In this document: piece by piece, positions 1 to 9,770 of the stretch
How positions within the stretch are numbered: position 1 is the stretch's first letter
Layout: each line of letters begins with the position of its first letter
Source: Candidatus Borrarchaeum weybense
GTDB taxonomy: Archaea; Asgardarchaeota; Sifarchaeia; Borrarchaeales; Borrarchaeaceae
DNA length: 64,000 nucleotides
Direction of reading: 5' to 3'
Assembly: GCA_019057385.1 (NCBI GenBank)
Contig: JAHQJS010000006.1
Span: 128,001-192,000, forward strand
Program-made: the position numbers and the translations under genes
The notes under the pieces: model-generated
Told to the model about the DNA's origin: nothing
The model's input: the letters and a program-made list of their open reading frames with translations, nothing else
Databases searched by the model: none

Positions 1-743
1 GGTTCGTCGTTAAGCAAGCATCATTAATAGTACCACTTGCAAAAAGATTAGTGACGCGTGCTTTATGGCTTGGTGCATCACCATCTAAAATCAGAGTTAT
101 TCCAAATAGTATTGACCCGGTCATATATGCTCCAAATAAAGAAGGATCTAAGATTAGAACAAGATTTGGAATCAATGAAGAAGATGAGGTAATTGGATTT
201 GTAGGAAGACTTGTCCCCCTTAAAGGTGTAAAATACTTACTTGAGGCTTTGAGATTAATAAATAAAAAAATGGATCATGTTAAGATATTAATTGTAGGGG
301 ATGGACCCCAAAGGAAAGAATTGGAACTTCTAGCAAGAAAAGACAAAAACTTTAACACTATATTTACAGGATTTATTCCAAAAGAAGAACTGCCTAACGT
401 TTACTCTGCTTTAGATATTTTTGTCCTCCCCACCCTTACAGAAGGATTGTCTAATACTATTTTAGAGGCAATGGCTTGTGGGAAACCTGTTATTACAACA
501 CCTGTTGGCGGAAATACTGAGTTAGTCGAGGACGGAAAAAATGGATATTTAGTTGCACCCAGATCGTCGAAAGAACTTGCAGAAAGAATCTTAGACTTGA
601 TACATTCGCCTAAGAGAAGAGTTCAGATGGGACAAAATGGAAGAGAAAAAATCAAGAAACACTATACATGGGATAAAACTGTCCCAAGATATGAGGAGGC
701 CTATGAACATCTTCTAAGTCAATTATCCCACCCTAAAGGGTAG
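1..743 (+). CDS. GT4-family glycosyltransferase (5' end outside window)
   Basis: Frame open from window edge; GFVGRLVPLKG, EGLSNTILEAMACGKPVI GT4 motifs. Confidence 0.9.
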   Translation, partial: FVVKQASLIVPLAKRLVTRALWLGASPSKIRVIPNSIDPVIYAPNKEGSKIRTRFGINEEDEVIGFVGRLVPLKGVKYLLEALRLINKKMDHVKILIVGDGPQRKELELLARKDKNFNTIFTGFIPKEELPNVYSALDIFVLPTLTEGLSNTILEAMACGKPVITTPVGGNTELVEDGKNGYLVAPRSSKELAERILDLIHSPKRRVQMGQNGREKIKKHYTWDKTVPRYEEAYEHLLSQLSHPKG

Positions 744-768
744 GGGCTTCCAGAGGCGGGAGATGTGA
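718..768 (+). mobile_element. ~50-bp IS200/IS605 (IscB/HEARO-type)-derived palindromic mini-element
   Basis: GTCAATTATCCCACCCTAAAGGGTAGGGGCTT...GATGTGA resembles the GTCAA-n-CCC-CTAAAG-GGGGCTT end hairpin of these elements; GC-rich in an AT-rich context; removing it restores an in-frame C-terminus. Confidence 0.6.
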
Positions 769-795
769 ACCTATCAAAAAGTTGTGAGGAAAATC

Positions 796-1893
796 ATGAA
801 CTTATTATTTTTCTCGGACAGATTAAAAAGAGGCGAATTCGCAAGTTTAAGAGCAAGAGAAGAGTTTAAATCGTCTTTAAAGAAGAAAGGAATAATCTGT
901 AAGATAGTGGATCTAAAATCTTTTTTGTCACCTAAGAAATACAAATTTGTGGAAATGTATCAGCATGTTCGCAGAGATTCACCTGATTTAATAATGATTG
1001 ATACAATCCCATTAATCGGATCATTCTCTCTAATAATGAAACTATTTAAAGCATATCCACTTTTTGTACGGCTTAGAGGAGATTTTTGGAAAGAATTGCA
1101 ACAACAACGTATCTATCATAAGAATTCCGTTTCTTTGGTAAAAAACATGGCAAGAAATGTTCTGGGAAATCTTTGTTTAAAATACGCAAACGCAGTGTTT
1201 CCAGTCTGCAATTATCTTAAAGATATTGGTATTAAACATCATTTACAACCCGAAAAACTTTTCACCATTTATAATGGTGTAGATCTGGATAGATTTCATT
1301 TAAAAGAGAATGGAGAGGTTTATAGAAGGAAATATGGGATTACAGATGAAAAACTCCTCGTTTGTGTTTCAAACTTCAATTTTCCTGAAAAGGTTGAGGG
1401 ACTAATATTTTTCTTACCGGCGATTAAGAGAATTTTGAATGAAAATCCAGATGTTAGATTTCTGATCGTTGGCGATGGACTTTTCCTTAATTGGGTAAAA
1501 GGTCAAATTGCGAAGCATAAAATTAGTTCACAGACTATTATTACTGGCTTTGTAAGAGATATTGAGCGAATTTATGCTGCAGCAGATATAGTGTTATATC
1601 TTTCTTTTCAAGATGCTTTGCCAACCGTTCTATTGGAAGCATCTGCGAGTGGTAAACCTATAGTAGCAAATAAAATAGGAGGCGTGCATGAAATAATCAT
1701 AAATCAGAAGACAGGGATTCTTATTGATAAATATGACAGAGAGGCACTGTATACTTATGTAACGCAATTCCTAGATAACGATCCGCTAAGAATTAAATTT
1801 GGTGAAATGGCTCAAAAATCGATAAATACACGATTCAATTGGAATGTAATTGGACGTCAATTTGCAGATATTTTTCTTAAACTAATGAAATAG
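796..1893 (+). CDS. GT4-family glycosyltransferase
   Basis: IYNGVD, DALPTVLLEASASGKPIV motifs; GAGG SD before ATG 796. Confidence 0.9.
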   Translation: MNLLFFSDRLKRGEFASLRAREEFKSSLKKKGIICKIVDLKSFLSPKKYKFVEMYQHVRRDSPDLIMIDTIPLIGSFSLIMKLFKAYPLFVRLRGDFWKELQQQRIYHKNSVSLVKNMARNVLGNLCLKYANAVFPVCNYLKDIGIKHHLQPEKLFTIYNGVDLDRFHLKENGEVYRRKYGITDEKLLVCVSNFNFPEKVEGLIFFLPAIKRILNENPDVRFLIVGDGLFLNWVKGQIAKHKISSQTIITGFVRDIERIYAAADIVLYLSFQDALPTVLLEASASGKPIVANKIGGVHEIIINQKTGILIDKYDREALYTYVTQFLDNDPLRIKFGEMAQKSINTRFNWNVIGRQFADIFLKLMK

Positions 1894-1961
1894 ATCATAT
1901 ATTAAAAACAAGATTTGTAAGGTAATCCACACAAGACAACCAGAATGAGCTTTGGGTCAAA

Positions 1962-3155
1962 ATGGTAAGAGTTCTCTTTGTTACTGAACGATGGTTTCCT
2001 CAGGGAGGCGGTGGAGAGATTGATCATCATGGTATCGCATCCTTTCTGGCTAAAGCGGGCCTCGAAGTATTTGTGTTGACTGGTGAGTCACCCTCTCTGC
2101 GAAAAGAAATTCCTCACCCGTTCAAATTTTTACTTAGGTTACCTACGAATTATATTCCTGATGAGAAATTTCATTTTGCCAATCTATTAAAACGAATTTT
2201 TTTCATTTTTAAATTATTAAAGAAAACAATTTTCATTGTTCGCAAATATAACATTGATTTGATTCATACTTCTACGCCCTTGCTTAGTATGCTTCTTTTT
2301 TTAATACGGAATTGTTTAAAAAGGCCGTTAATCGCCTCAAATTTTTCATACTTCCTAAATAGATGGCAAAAAATATTAAACAGCTATTTTAAAGCAAAGC
2401 TATTTGAAACCATTGAATTAATTTCATATAAACTTCCCTATTCTTGTCTTGTTTCAGTAAGCCCTAAATTTATTGAACTTGTACGCAGATATGGCATCAC
2501 AACACCTATAGTTCATATACCAAATGCTGTAGATTTTGAAATCTTTAATCCCTATATTGATTCAAAAAATACTAGAGAACAATACTTGCCTTCAGATGGG
2601 AAGTATTTAATATCCTTTATCGGGCGATTAGTCCCTCAAAAAGGAATTGATGTACTTGTAAAGGCAATTCCACATGTAAACTCCTTTGTGAAGAACTGTA
2701 TGTATCTTATCGTTGGAGAAGGAACTTATAGAGAAAAGTTAGAAAACATTGCGAAAAAGTTAAGCATCAAAAATATTGCTTTCACAGGGATGATCCAGTA
2801 TTCCAAGATCCCTGAGTTAATATCTGCTTCAGACATTATAATTTTACCCTCTCTTGGTGCAGAAGGTAGCCCAAGAGTTCTTTTAGAAACTATGGCCTGT
2901 GGAAAACCTGTAATCGCAACTAAGATTAGAGGTATTAAAGAACAGGTTATCGATGGGAAAACAGGGGTTCTCGTTGAGGAAGGTAATGTGCATCAACTCA
3001 CAGAAGCCGTAATTTCATTACTAAGAAATAAACAAAATCGAGAAGAGATTGGTAAAAACGCTTATGAATTTGTAAAAGACAAATTTGCGTGGACACATGT
3101 AGGAAATGAAACCCTAAAAATCTACCGTCAAGTGATCTCCTCCTATAGGAGATAA
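1962..3155 (+). CDS. GT4-family glycosyltransferase
   Basis: PQGGGGE N-terminus, FIGRLVPQKG, EGSPRVLLETMACGKPVI. Confidence 0.92.
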   Translation: MVRVLFVTERWFPQGGGGEIDHHGIASFLAKAGLEVFVLTGESPSLRKEIPHPFKFLLRLPTNYIPDEKFHFANLLKRIFFIFKLLKKTIFIVRKYNIDLIHTSTPLLSMLLFLIRNCLKRPLIASNFSYFLNRWQKILNSYFKAKLFETIELISYKLPYSCLVSVSPKFIELVRRYGITTPIVHIPNAVDFEIFNPYIDSKNTREQYLPSDGKYLISFIGRLVPQKGIDVLVKAIPHVNSFVKNCMYLIVGEGTYREKLENIAKKLSIKNIAFTGMIQYSKIPELISASDIIILPSLGAEGSPRVLLETMACGKPVIATKIRGIKEQVIDGKTGVLVEEGNVHQLTEAVISLLRNKQNREEIGKNAYEFVKDKFAWTHVGNETLKIYRQVISSYRR

Positions 3156-3168
3156 CTCATTTTTGGCT

Positions 3169-3861
3169 TTATTTTTCAGATATCGAGGAAAAAATCGATT
3201 TTAACAATCCGTACCAATATGTGGACATTTTTTTCTTTGGTTTGCCAAAAGCTCTTGATGTTATATTTACAGGAACTTCAATAATTTTAAAACCTGCCAA
3301 CGCTCCTTTTATTAGTAGTTCTGGAGCTGAATATTGATCTTGTTCTAGCTTGAGGTTTTCCAAGACCTCTCTTCGCAATGCGCGAAATCCACAAGTAAGA
3401 TCACTAATTTTTAAACCAACCAAATTTCGGACAATCCATGTAAAAAATTGAATTCCCAAATATCTTACAAGGGTGGAGTTATGTTCGCCTTGAAACCTTG
3501 ATCCTACTACGATATCAGCTTTTCCATTTTCTATGAACTTTATTAAATTTGGAATCTCCTTAGGATCATGTTGTCCATCAGCATCTAAAGTAATGATGAT
3601 ATCTGCTTTTTCCCTTTTTGCAATAATAAAACCTGTTCTCAGAGCCATTCCTTGACCAAGATTTAAAGGTAGTGGAACAACATACGCTCCTGCTTTTTTG
3701 GCCTCGATTTTTGTACCATCGCGACTACCATCATCTATTAGAAGCGCCTTATCAACGTAGGGAAGAACTTCTGATACAACTCTACCCACCGAATTAGCTT
3801 CTTCATATGCAGGAATTATTGCAAAAACCTTTTGTTTTGTTTTGCCACACATTTTTTTCAT
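3169..3861 (-). CDS. GT2 glycosyltransferase (dolichol-phosphate sugar synthase-like)
   Basis: IIPAYEE, DDGSRD, DADGQH, GSRF motifs. Confidence 0.9.
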   Translation of the reverse strand: MKKMCGKTKQKVFAIIPAYEEANSVGRVVSEVLPYVDKALLIDDGSRDGTKIEAKKAGAYVVPLPLNLGQGMALRTGFIIAKREKADIIITLDADGQHDPKEIPNLIKFIENGKADIVVGSRFQGEHNSTLVRYLGIQFFTWIVRNLVGLKISDLTCGFRALRREVLENLKLEQDQYSAPELLIKGALAGFKIIEVPVNITSRAFGKPKKKMSTYWYGLLKSIFSSISEK

Positions 3862-3935
3862 ACTCTGTATGCTCTAGTACCTTAATTTATTTATGACCCT
3901 ATTGAAAGATGTAGCAAAAAGCATTACAATTCAAA

Positions 3936-4364
3936 ATGAGTGATGAATCTATGCAACTTAAAGGCATTCAAATACTTGGAATTGTTTTAGTAGCAATTGC
4001 CCTTGTCCAGACGTACATCTTTTATAAAAAAAAGCGCTATAATCTGTGGGATTTTCTTCTTTGGGTCGGCATCTGGATTAGCGCTGCAATTACGTTTATT
4101 TACCCCGGAATAGCTAATTTGGTATTACCTGCACTGACATTGCAGACTAGTATATTTGCAACATTGATATTAAGTACCATCGTGTCATATATGCTCCTAT
4201 TCATCATTTATGGCTCTCTTAAGGATCTAAAAAGAAAAATAGGTGAAATAGCGCAATCACAAGCAATTTTAAGATATGATATCGAAAATATTCATCCAAA
4301 GCAGATAAATATAGAAAATAGCAAACCTATAGAAAATAGCAAACCAAAGGAAGAGAATCAATAA
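3936..4364 (+). CDS. DUF2304-like small membrane protein
   Basis: Three TM segments plus C-terminal coiled coil; divergent from a GT2, its usual neighbour. Confidence 0.7.
   Translation: MSDESMQLKGIQILGIVLVAIALVQTYIFYKKKRYNLWDFLLWVGIWISAAITFIYPGIANLVLPALTLQTSIFATLILSTIVSYMLLFIIYGSLKDLKRKIGEIAQSQAILRYDIENIHPKQINIENSKPIENSKPKEENQ
4310..4345 (+). repeat. 18-bp tandem duplication encoding IENSKP x2
   Basis: TATAGAAAATAGCAAACC repeated twice. Confidence 0.85.
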
Positions 4365-4504
4365 GACATCTAATTGCTTTTTTCTTGTTTCCCTTATTTT
4401 ATCTTTTAATATGCAGTCTTCCGCTTGTATCAATAACAAAGATAGTATTTTATTGTCAAATATAGGAACTTAACCTACAAGCCTTTGATATTTTCTTGGT
4501 ATCG

Positions 4505-5284
4505 TCATTTCCTCCCATAAAGTACTAAAGCATAGCTTAGATGACTGTCTAGAAATGTCCCTTTTTCTCTTTTCATGTGAGTGTTTAGATTATTAATTCC
4601 ATACGCCTTTCGTATAAGTTTGAAGGGATTAATAAAATCAAATGAGGAAAATAAAGAATCTCCAAAAAACGAGCAGTCTATAATTCCAATTTGTTGACAA
4701 ATATTTCTAAGTTCTCCTCTTGAAAAAGGATATTCTTCGCCGACCCGCCATCTGCCAGTATGCTCAGCAACAAACTTGAATATCCTATATGGCAGATTAT
4801 ATTTGTTAGGAACTGAAATAAAGGCTATTCCACCCTTTCTTAAAACATCAAAATGGCCTTTGATTATCTTGGTTCTTTTAACCCCCCAGAAATGTTCGAC
4901 AAGACCAAAGGACATACAAATGTCAAATTTATTAGGCAAGTTTGTTGGTAGAGATAGTGCATCTTGTTTAATAAATTCAGCAGATAACCCATTTCTTTCA
5001 AACAATTCTCTTGCTCTTTCAAGAGCGCTTGCTGAGTAATCAAGCAGTGTAATTTTTGCTCCCTTTTTTGCCATTAAAGCAGCATTTGTTCCAGTACCAG
5101 CGCCAAGTTCTATGACTTTTAAATCCTTAAAATCTCCAAATTCCTGTAATACAATTTTTTCGATTCTTTGCCATCTAATACCACTTTCTTCTTTCATCAG
5201 AGTGAAAACATCTTCTTTTGTTGTAGGAGTGTCTGTCCAAAATTTATCCCACAGTTCAGATGTGCTTTTTTTCACAGTCTTCAA
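4505..5284 (-). CDS. Class I SAM-dependent methyltransferase
   Basis: VIELGAGTG motif I; SFGLVEHF; ISVPN. Confidence 0.88.
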   Translation of the reverse strand: MKTVKKSTSELWDKFWTDTPTTKEDVFTLMKEESGIRWQRIEKIVLQEFGDFKDLKVIELGAGTGTNAALMAKKGAKITLLDYSASALERARELFERNGLSAEFIKQDALSLPTNLPNKFDICMSFGLVEHFWGVKRTKIIKGHFDVLRKGGIAFISVPNKYNLPYRIFKFVAEHTGRWRVGEEYPFSRGELRNICQQIGIIDCSFFGDSLFSSFDFINPFKLIRKAYGINNLNTHMKREKGTFLDSHLSYALVLYGRK

Positions 5285-5567
5285 ACATCCACTTTCATTG
5301 TAAAGTTATTTCGGAATGATACTCTGATAATCATTTCTTCTTCTATGATTCCTTTTATATATTCTACGCGCGGGCGTTTTCCAAAAGAATTAAAGGATTT
5401 TTTAATTTGACATTGTACTTAACATGAAAAAGTTTTAGTTTAGAAGATTAGTAAGTATTTTTATGTTAGGAACACAAAAAGCTGGCGATAAGCGCTTTAG
5501 GATTCAACTTCTATCTAATATGAAGTTTTAAAATTTAATTGCCTATCATTTCTTCAGGATGTAAACA

Positions 5568-6596
5568 ATGAAAATTCTGTTAAGTAGCATCTTTCTACCA
5601 CCATTTCCAGGTGGTGCTGAAAGAGTCGCTTGGGAAACTGCAATAAGACTCGCCATGCGCCACGAAGTACACGTTCTGGCAGCAGGAAAAAGGGGGATTG
5701 AAAAAAAGCACGGAGTTTTCATTCACAAAATACCTTTTCCACTATTTTATACTAGATTCGGCAAATTTGCAATGAGTAAGTCTTTAAGAGATATACGCTT
5801 TGATGTAATGCATTGCCACATGGTAGGGCTTTGGGGGAAGGTAATACCAAAGCTAATCAAACATGATAAACTAATAATAACTTGTCATGGAGATGGTATA
5901 TATCCTAAGAAATTTAAGTCAAAATTAGTTGCAGAACCCGTTCTAAAATCAGCAGACGTGATTACTTGTGTTTCGAAATGGATGGTGGATTATGTCAAAG
6001 AGAAATACGGAATAAAAAGTCTTTACATACCAAACGGGATAGATAAACGATTCAAACCATTACACATAGAAAGAAAGAAGAATATGATTCTCTATGTAGG
6101 ACAGTTTATAGAAAGAAAAGGAATATTAGAGTTGCTTGAAGCAGCAAAAACCTTGCCAGAATATAATTTTTATTTTGCAGGAAGAGGAAAATTATCAAAT
6201 AGAATAAATCTTCCAAATACTAAATTTCTAGGATTTGTTCCAGATGAGGATGTGCCAAAATTATATAACGAAGCAACAATCTGCATATTTCCTTCTCGTT
6301 TTGAAGGTTTACCGTTGGTAGGCCTTGAAGCTATGTCATGTGGATGCCCTATTATTGCAACAAGAAGCCTAGGGTTTTCAGAACTATTACAAGATGGGAC
6401 TACTGGAGTTTTGATAAAACCAAAGTCTATCAGCGCAATTGTAGACTCTATAAGATATCTTATGGAAAATGAAGAACTGCGAGAAAAAATCGGCATGAAT
6501 GCGATTACAGAATCTAAGAAATACCAATGGGACACAATAACAGCAAATTATGAATTAGTTTATAAAACAGCTTGCGATAGACCTCTTCCCACCTAA
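5568..6596 (+). CDS. GT4-family glycosyltransferase
   Basis: GGAER, IPNGID, EGLPLVGLEAMSCG. Confidence 0.92.
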   Translation: MKILLSSIFLPPFPGGAERVAWETAIRLAMRHEVHVLAAGKRGIEKKHGVFIHKIPFPLFYTRFGKFAMSKSLRDIRFDVMHCHMVGLWGKVIPKLIKHDKLIITCHGDGIYPKKFKSKLVAEPVLKSADVITCVSKWMVDYVKEKYGIKSLYIPNGIDKRFKPLHIERKKNMILYVGQFIERKGILELLEAAKTLPEYNFYFAGRGKLSNRINLPNTKFLGFVPDEDVPKLYNEATICIFPSRFEGLPLVGLEAMSCGCPIIATRSLGFSELLQDGTTGVLIKPKSISAIVDSIRYLMENEELREKIGMNAITESKKYQWDTITANYELVYKTACDRPLPT

Positions 6597-6662
6597 AAAT
6601 GGACCATTCTAACTCACTTCTATGTAATTTTCCTCTTAGATATTAAGATGAAGGCATGAATA

Positions 6663-7454
6663 ATGGTCGACAAATTAAAAAACCAATATCAAAAGCCCTC
6701 TAAAAAACTTGAAACATATAGAAAAAACCCAATAAGGGAATATTTTTATCATAAAACTAAAGATATAACAATCAAACTTCTTGAACTTCAAAATTCTGAA
6801 TCAGTTTTAGATGTTGGTTGTGGAAACGCCTTTTTAATTAATAAAATTAAACTGAATTATCCCAAAATAGAAATAGTTGGAATTGACATAATCAAAGATC
6901 AAATGTTAAGTACGGTGAAAAAGGGTAAGGATTTTTCTCTAGTTTTGGGAGATGCAATGAAACTTCCTTTTGCCGACAATAGTTTTGATAGAGTAACATG
7001 TACTGCTGTGCTTCAATATCTTCCAAATCCTTTGTCGGCTATTAAAGAAACTTACCGAATTACGAAAGAAGGTGGTATTGTCGTATTTGATGTCCCTGGG
7101 GGTTTCCATCTCCAAAACTATCTCGAACATTTCCTAACTGTAATTTTCAAAATAGTCCCATTTCAGAAAAATTATTTGACTAGTAAAATAAAACAGTGGA
7201 TAACTAAATCTGGATTTAAAATAAGCCAAACTCATTCTACTAGGTTTTTAGGATCAATATTTTGCCCGTTTCTCCCAACACTCTACCTTCCAGGTCTTGG
7301 GAGTTTTTATTGGTGCAGTGAACAATTTACTAAACGACTAATAAAGATTGATTCGTTCATTGGACATGTATTTGGTCAAAATGACTTTACTAAGTTATTT
7401 GGAGGGTCCTTATTATTCCAATGCAAAAAACCCCAACACCAAAAAGTGAAATAA
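6663..7454 (+). CDS. Class I SAM-dependent methyltransferase (Methyltransf_11-like)
   Basis: VLDVGCGNA; GDAMKLPFADNSFD. Confidence 0.88.
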   Translation: MVDKLKNQYQKPSKKLETYRKNPIREYFYHKTKDITIKLLELQNSESVLDVGCGNAFLINKIKLNYPKIEIVGIDIIKDQMLSTVKKGKDFSLVLGDAMKLPFADNSFDRVTCTAVLQYLPNPLSAIKETYRITKEGGIVVFDVPGGFHLQNYLEHFLTVIFKIVPFQKNYLTSKIKQWITKSGFKISQTHSTRFLGSIFCPFLPTLYLPGLGSFYWCSEQFTKRLIKIDSFIGHVFGQNDFTKLFGGSLLFQCKKPQHQKVK

Positions 7455-7490
7455 TTAATTTATACCAAAAGAATTTAAGTTAATTGAAAT

Positions 7491-8693
7491 TTGAGGGAGT
7501 TTATGTTTCAAACGCTAAAGAAGAAAATGTTAGATGCATATTCTTCCTTGACTCTCCATCTTCTTATAATGACCTGCATCTCAATCTTTTTGTCTCTATG
7601 GTTATTTAATCTTCAGGATCCGTTAACAGATCCATGGGATCTATGGTATATTTATGCAATTAATATTAGAAACAAAATATTAGATTGGAATTACGATATG
7701 GCCCCTTTCCTATATGAATTAAGTTGGCAGCCACATTTACCGTTTTTTGCATTCATCTCAGCCTTGCTTCTCTTTATCGTAGGTGATGCCAAACTTTCCT
7801 GCATCTTGGTATCAATCTTTTCAGTAATGCTTACTTTACTTTATTTAAGAGAGTTTGCAATTTACATTGGACTAAAAGATGAAGTAAATAAAATTCTCAT
7901 CGTTTATATTTCGAGTTACACTGTAATTTCAAACATTGCACGTCCAATGAATGATTCATTAGCCGCTTTTTTCTCTGTAGTAAGCTTATTCTATATATAT
8001 CGCTCTCTTAAAACAGATCTTCTTAAGGAATATGTTATTCTCTCAATTATACTCACATTGTCAGTACTCACTAAAGACTCTCTTTTTCCTTTGTTATTAG
8101 TTCCAATAAGTTTCTATTTGTTAACCCTTCTAAAAATGAAAGAAAATATGAATGCCGAAATATTAGGAAAACTTATTCTTTTTACTATTTTAATTCCATT
8201 CATTCTTTGGCTTTCTTTTGTTTTGAGTCTTGATCTTCTGCCAGTTATCCTTAACAGAAGAATAGGTGGTTTAGAAAGACTCTATAGTACTGCTCGTTCT
8301 CCTTTCATGTTTATTTTTTCAATTATTGTTTGTTTTCATTTCCTCCCAATTTTAGTATTCTCCAATTACAAGGTTTTTAGGAATCAAAAATATTGGATAT
8401 TATTAATTTGGCTATTCCTCTTTATTATTGCTAGAATAATAGCTCCAGGACCTTTCTGGGATAGATTATGGCTACCTGGACTCTTCTCCGCCGTTATATT
8501 AGGCTGTGGAGAACTTAAGTCGAATAAGTTATATGAGATCTCTCCAAAACTTCCGAAAATCCTCTTTATTTTAATGATAGCTGTGAATTACTCTGTTGCT
8601 CTTTTGTTCATCATGTATTCTGCCGAAATTCCGGTCATATTTCAACTAATTTCGCCTATTTTCGAATTTTTAAAAAGGTACTATGTTCAATAG
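7491..8693 (+). CDS. Multi-pass membrane protein, probable GT-C (PMT/ArnT-like) glycosyltransferase
   Basis: About 10 TM helices; ARPMNDSL and LTKDS motifs resemble PMT_2 family. Confidence 0.6.
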   Translation: MREFMFQTLKKKMLDAYSSLTLHLLIMTCISIFLSLWLFNLQDPLTDPWDLWYIYAINIRNKILDWNYDMAPFLYELSWQPHLPFFAFISALLLFIVGDAKLSCILVSIFSVMLTLLYLREFAIYIGLKDEVNKILIVYISSYTVISNIARPMNDSLAAFFSVVSLFYIYRSLKTDLLKEYVILSIILTLSVLTKDSLFPLLLVPISFYLLTLLKMKENMNAEILGKLILFTILIPFILWLSFVLSLDLLPVILNRRIGGLERLYSTARSPFMFIFSIIVCFHFLPILVFSNYKVFRNQKYWILLIWLFLFIIARIIAPGPFWDRLWLPGLFSAVILGCGELKSNKLYEISPKLPKILFILMIAVNYSVALLFIMYSAEIPVIFQLISPIFEFLKRYYVQ

Positions 8694-8800
8694 GTTACCT
8701 TGAGTTCGTTGAATGACTTCGGGATATTTTGATGAAGAAAAAAGTTTTAACGTAAGATGCAGTTTTAGACTTAAAATCTTAAAATCGGGTGTTCACTTAA

Positions 8801-9733
8801 ATGGAAAATCTAAGAAGTTTATTATCTGATAGCAGATTTCCCATTTATTTACACTACAATTTATTGAAAAAGATTCTAACAAGTAGAAGAACTAAAAAAC
8901 ATAAAGTAAAAGAATTAGCAGTTTCATTAACTTTCGATATAGAAAAAGATCCAATAAACAACAAGATTAAACCAATCGGTAATTTTCTTCATAAGATGAA
9001 CAAATTACTTAAATCAAAAAATATTGAGACGACCTTGTTTATTCAAGCAAATCTCATAAACGATTTTTCGACTCAATTTAAAAATCTTCAAAAAACACAC
9101 GAATTAGGCTTGCATGGATATGCTCATGAACTTTGGGGCTATGAACAGTGGTGGGATAGCAAAAAATCTCTGGATTTAAAACAAAAGAGAAAATTAATTT
9201 CAATCTCTTTAGATATTTTTGAAGAAAATGATTTAGAGCGACCTACTTCGTTTAGGGCACCTAATTTGGTAATTAATAAGGAAACCTTGTCTTTAATAAA
9301 GAACTATGATTTTAAGATAGACTCTTCTCTTCCATCTTATTTAGGAGTTAAACCTCTACCTAAGTTTTATGATAGTTTATTAATGATTCCTCATACTGCT
9401 AATCCAATACCTAAATTCCAATTAAAGTATCATATAATTCCACTTGTCTATTATGATCGGTTTACTTTCCCAAGTGTTCTGTCAATGAGTAAAAACGAGT
9501 TTTTAGATTTCGTAGAAATCGTAGCATCTTATCAAATTTCATTTGGGTTTAAACCACATTTAGTGTTTTTTGCACATTCATGGGAATTTGTAGAGCATGA
9601 TACTAAAAAGATTAAATGTTCTGAGGATAATTATAAGAGTCTCTTAAATATTTGTAGCTTGCTAGAAAATAACTATGAAGTTGAATATGTATCTCTGAAT
9701 AATTTAGCCAAGAAACTAGAGTTGTTCGATTGA
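8801..9733 (+). CDS. Polysaccharide deacetylase family protein
   Basis: LTFDIE, HELGLHGYAH, FRAP, DSS, HSWE motifs. Confidence 0.85.
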   Translation: MENLRSLLSDSRFPIYLHYNLLKKILTSRRTKKHKVKELAVSLTFDIEKDPINNKIKPIGNFLHKMNKLLKSKNIETTLFIQANLINDFSTQFKNLQKTHELGLHGYAHELWGYEQWWDSKKSLDLKQKRKLISISLDIFEENDLERPTSFRAPNLVINKETLSLIKNYDFKIDSSLPSYLGVKPLPKFYDSLLMIPHTANPIPKFQLKYHIIPLVYYDRFTFPSVLSMSKNEFLDFVEIVASYQISFGFKPHLVFFAHSWEFVEHDTKKIKCSEDNYKSLLNICSLLENNYEVEYVSLNNLAKKLELFD

Positions 9734-9770
9734 AGTTGTGCAATCGAGATAGCTGTTAGATCAAATTTGG

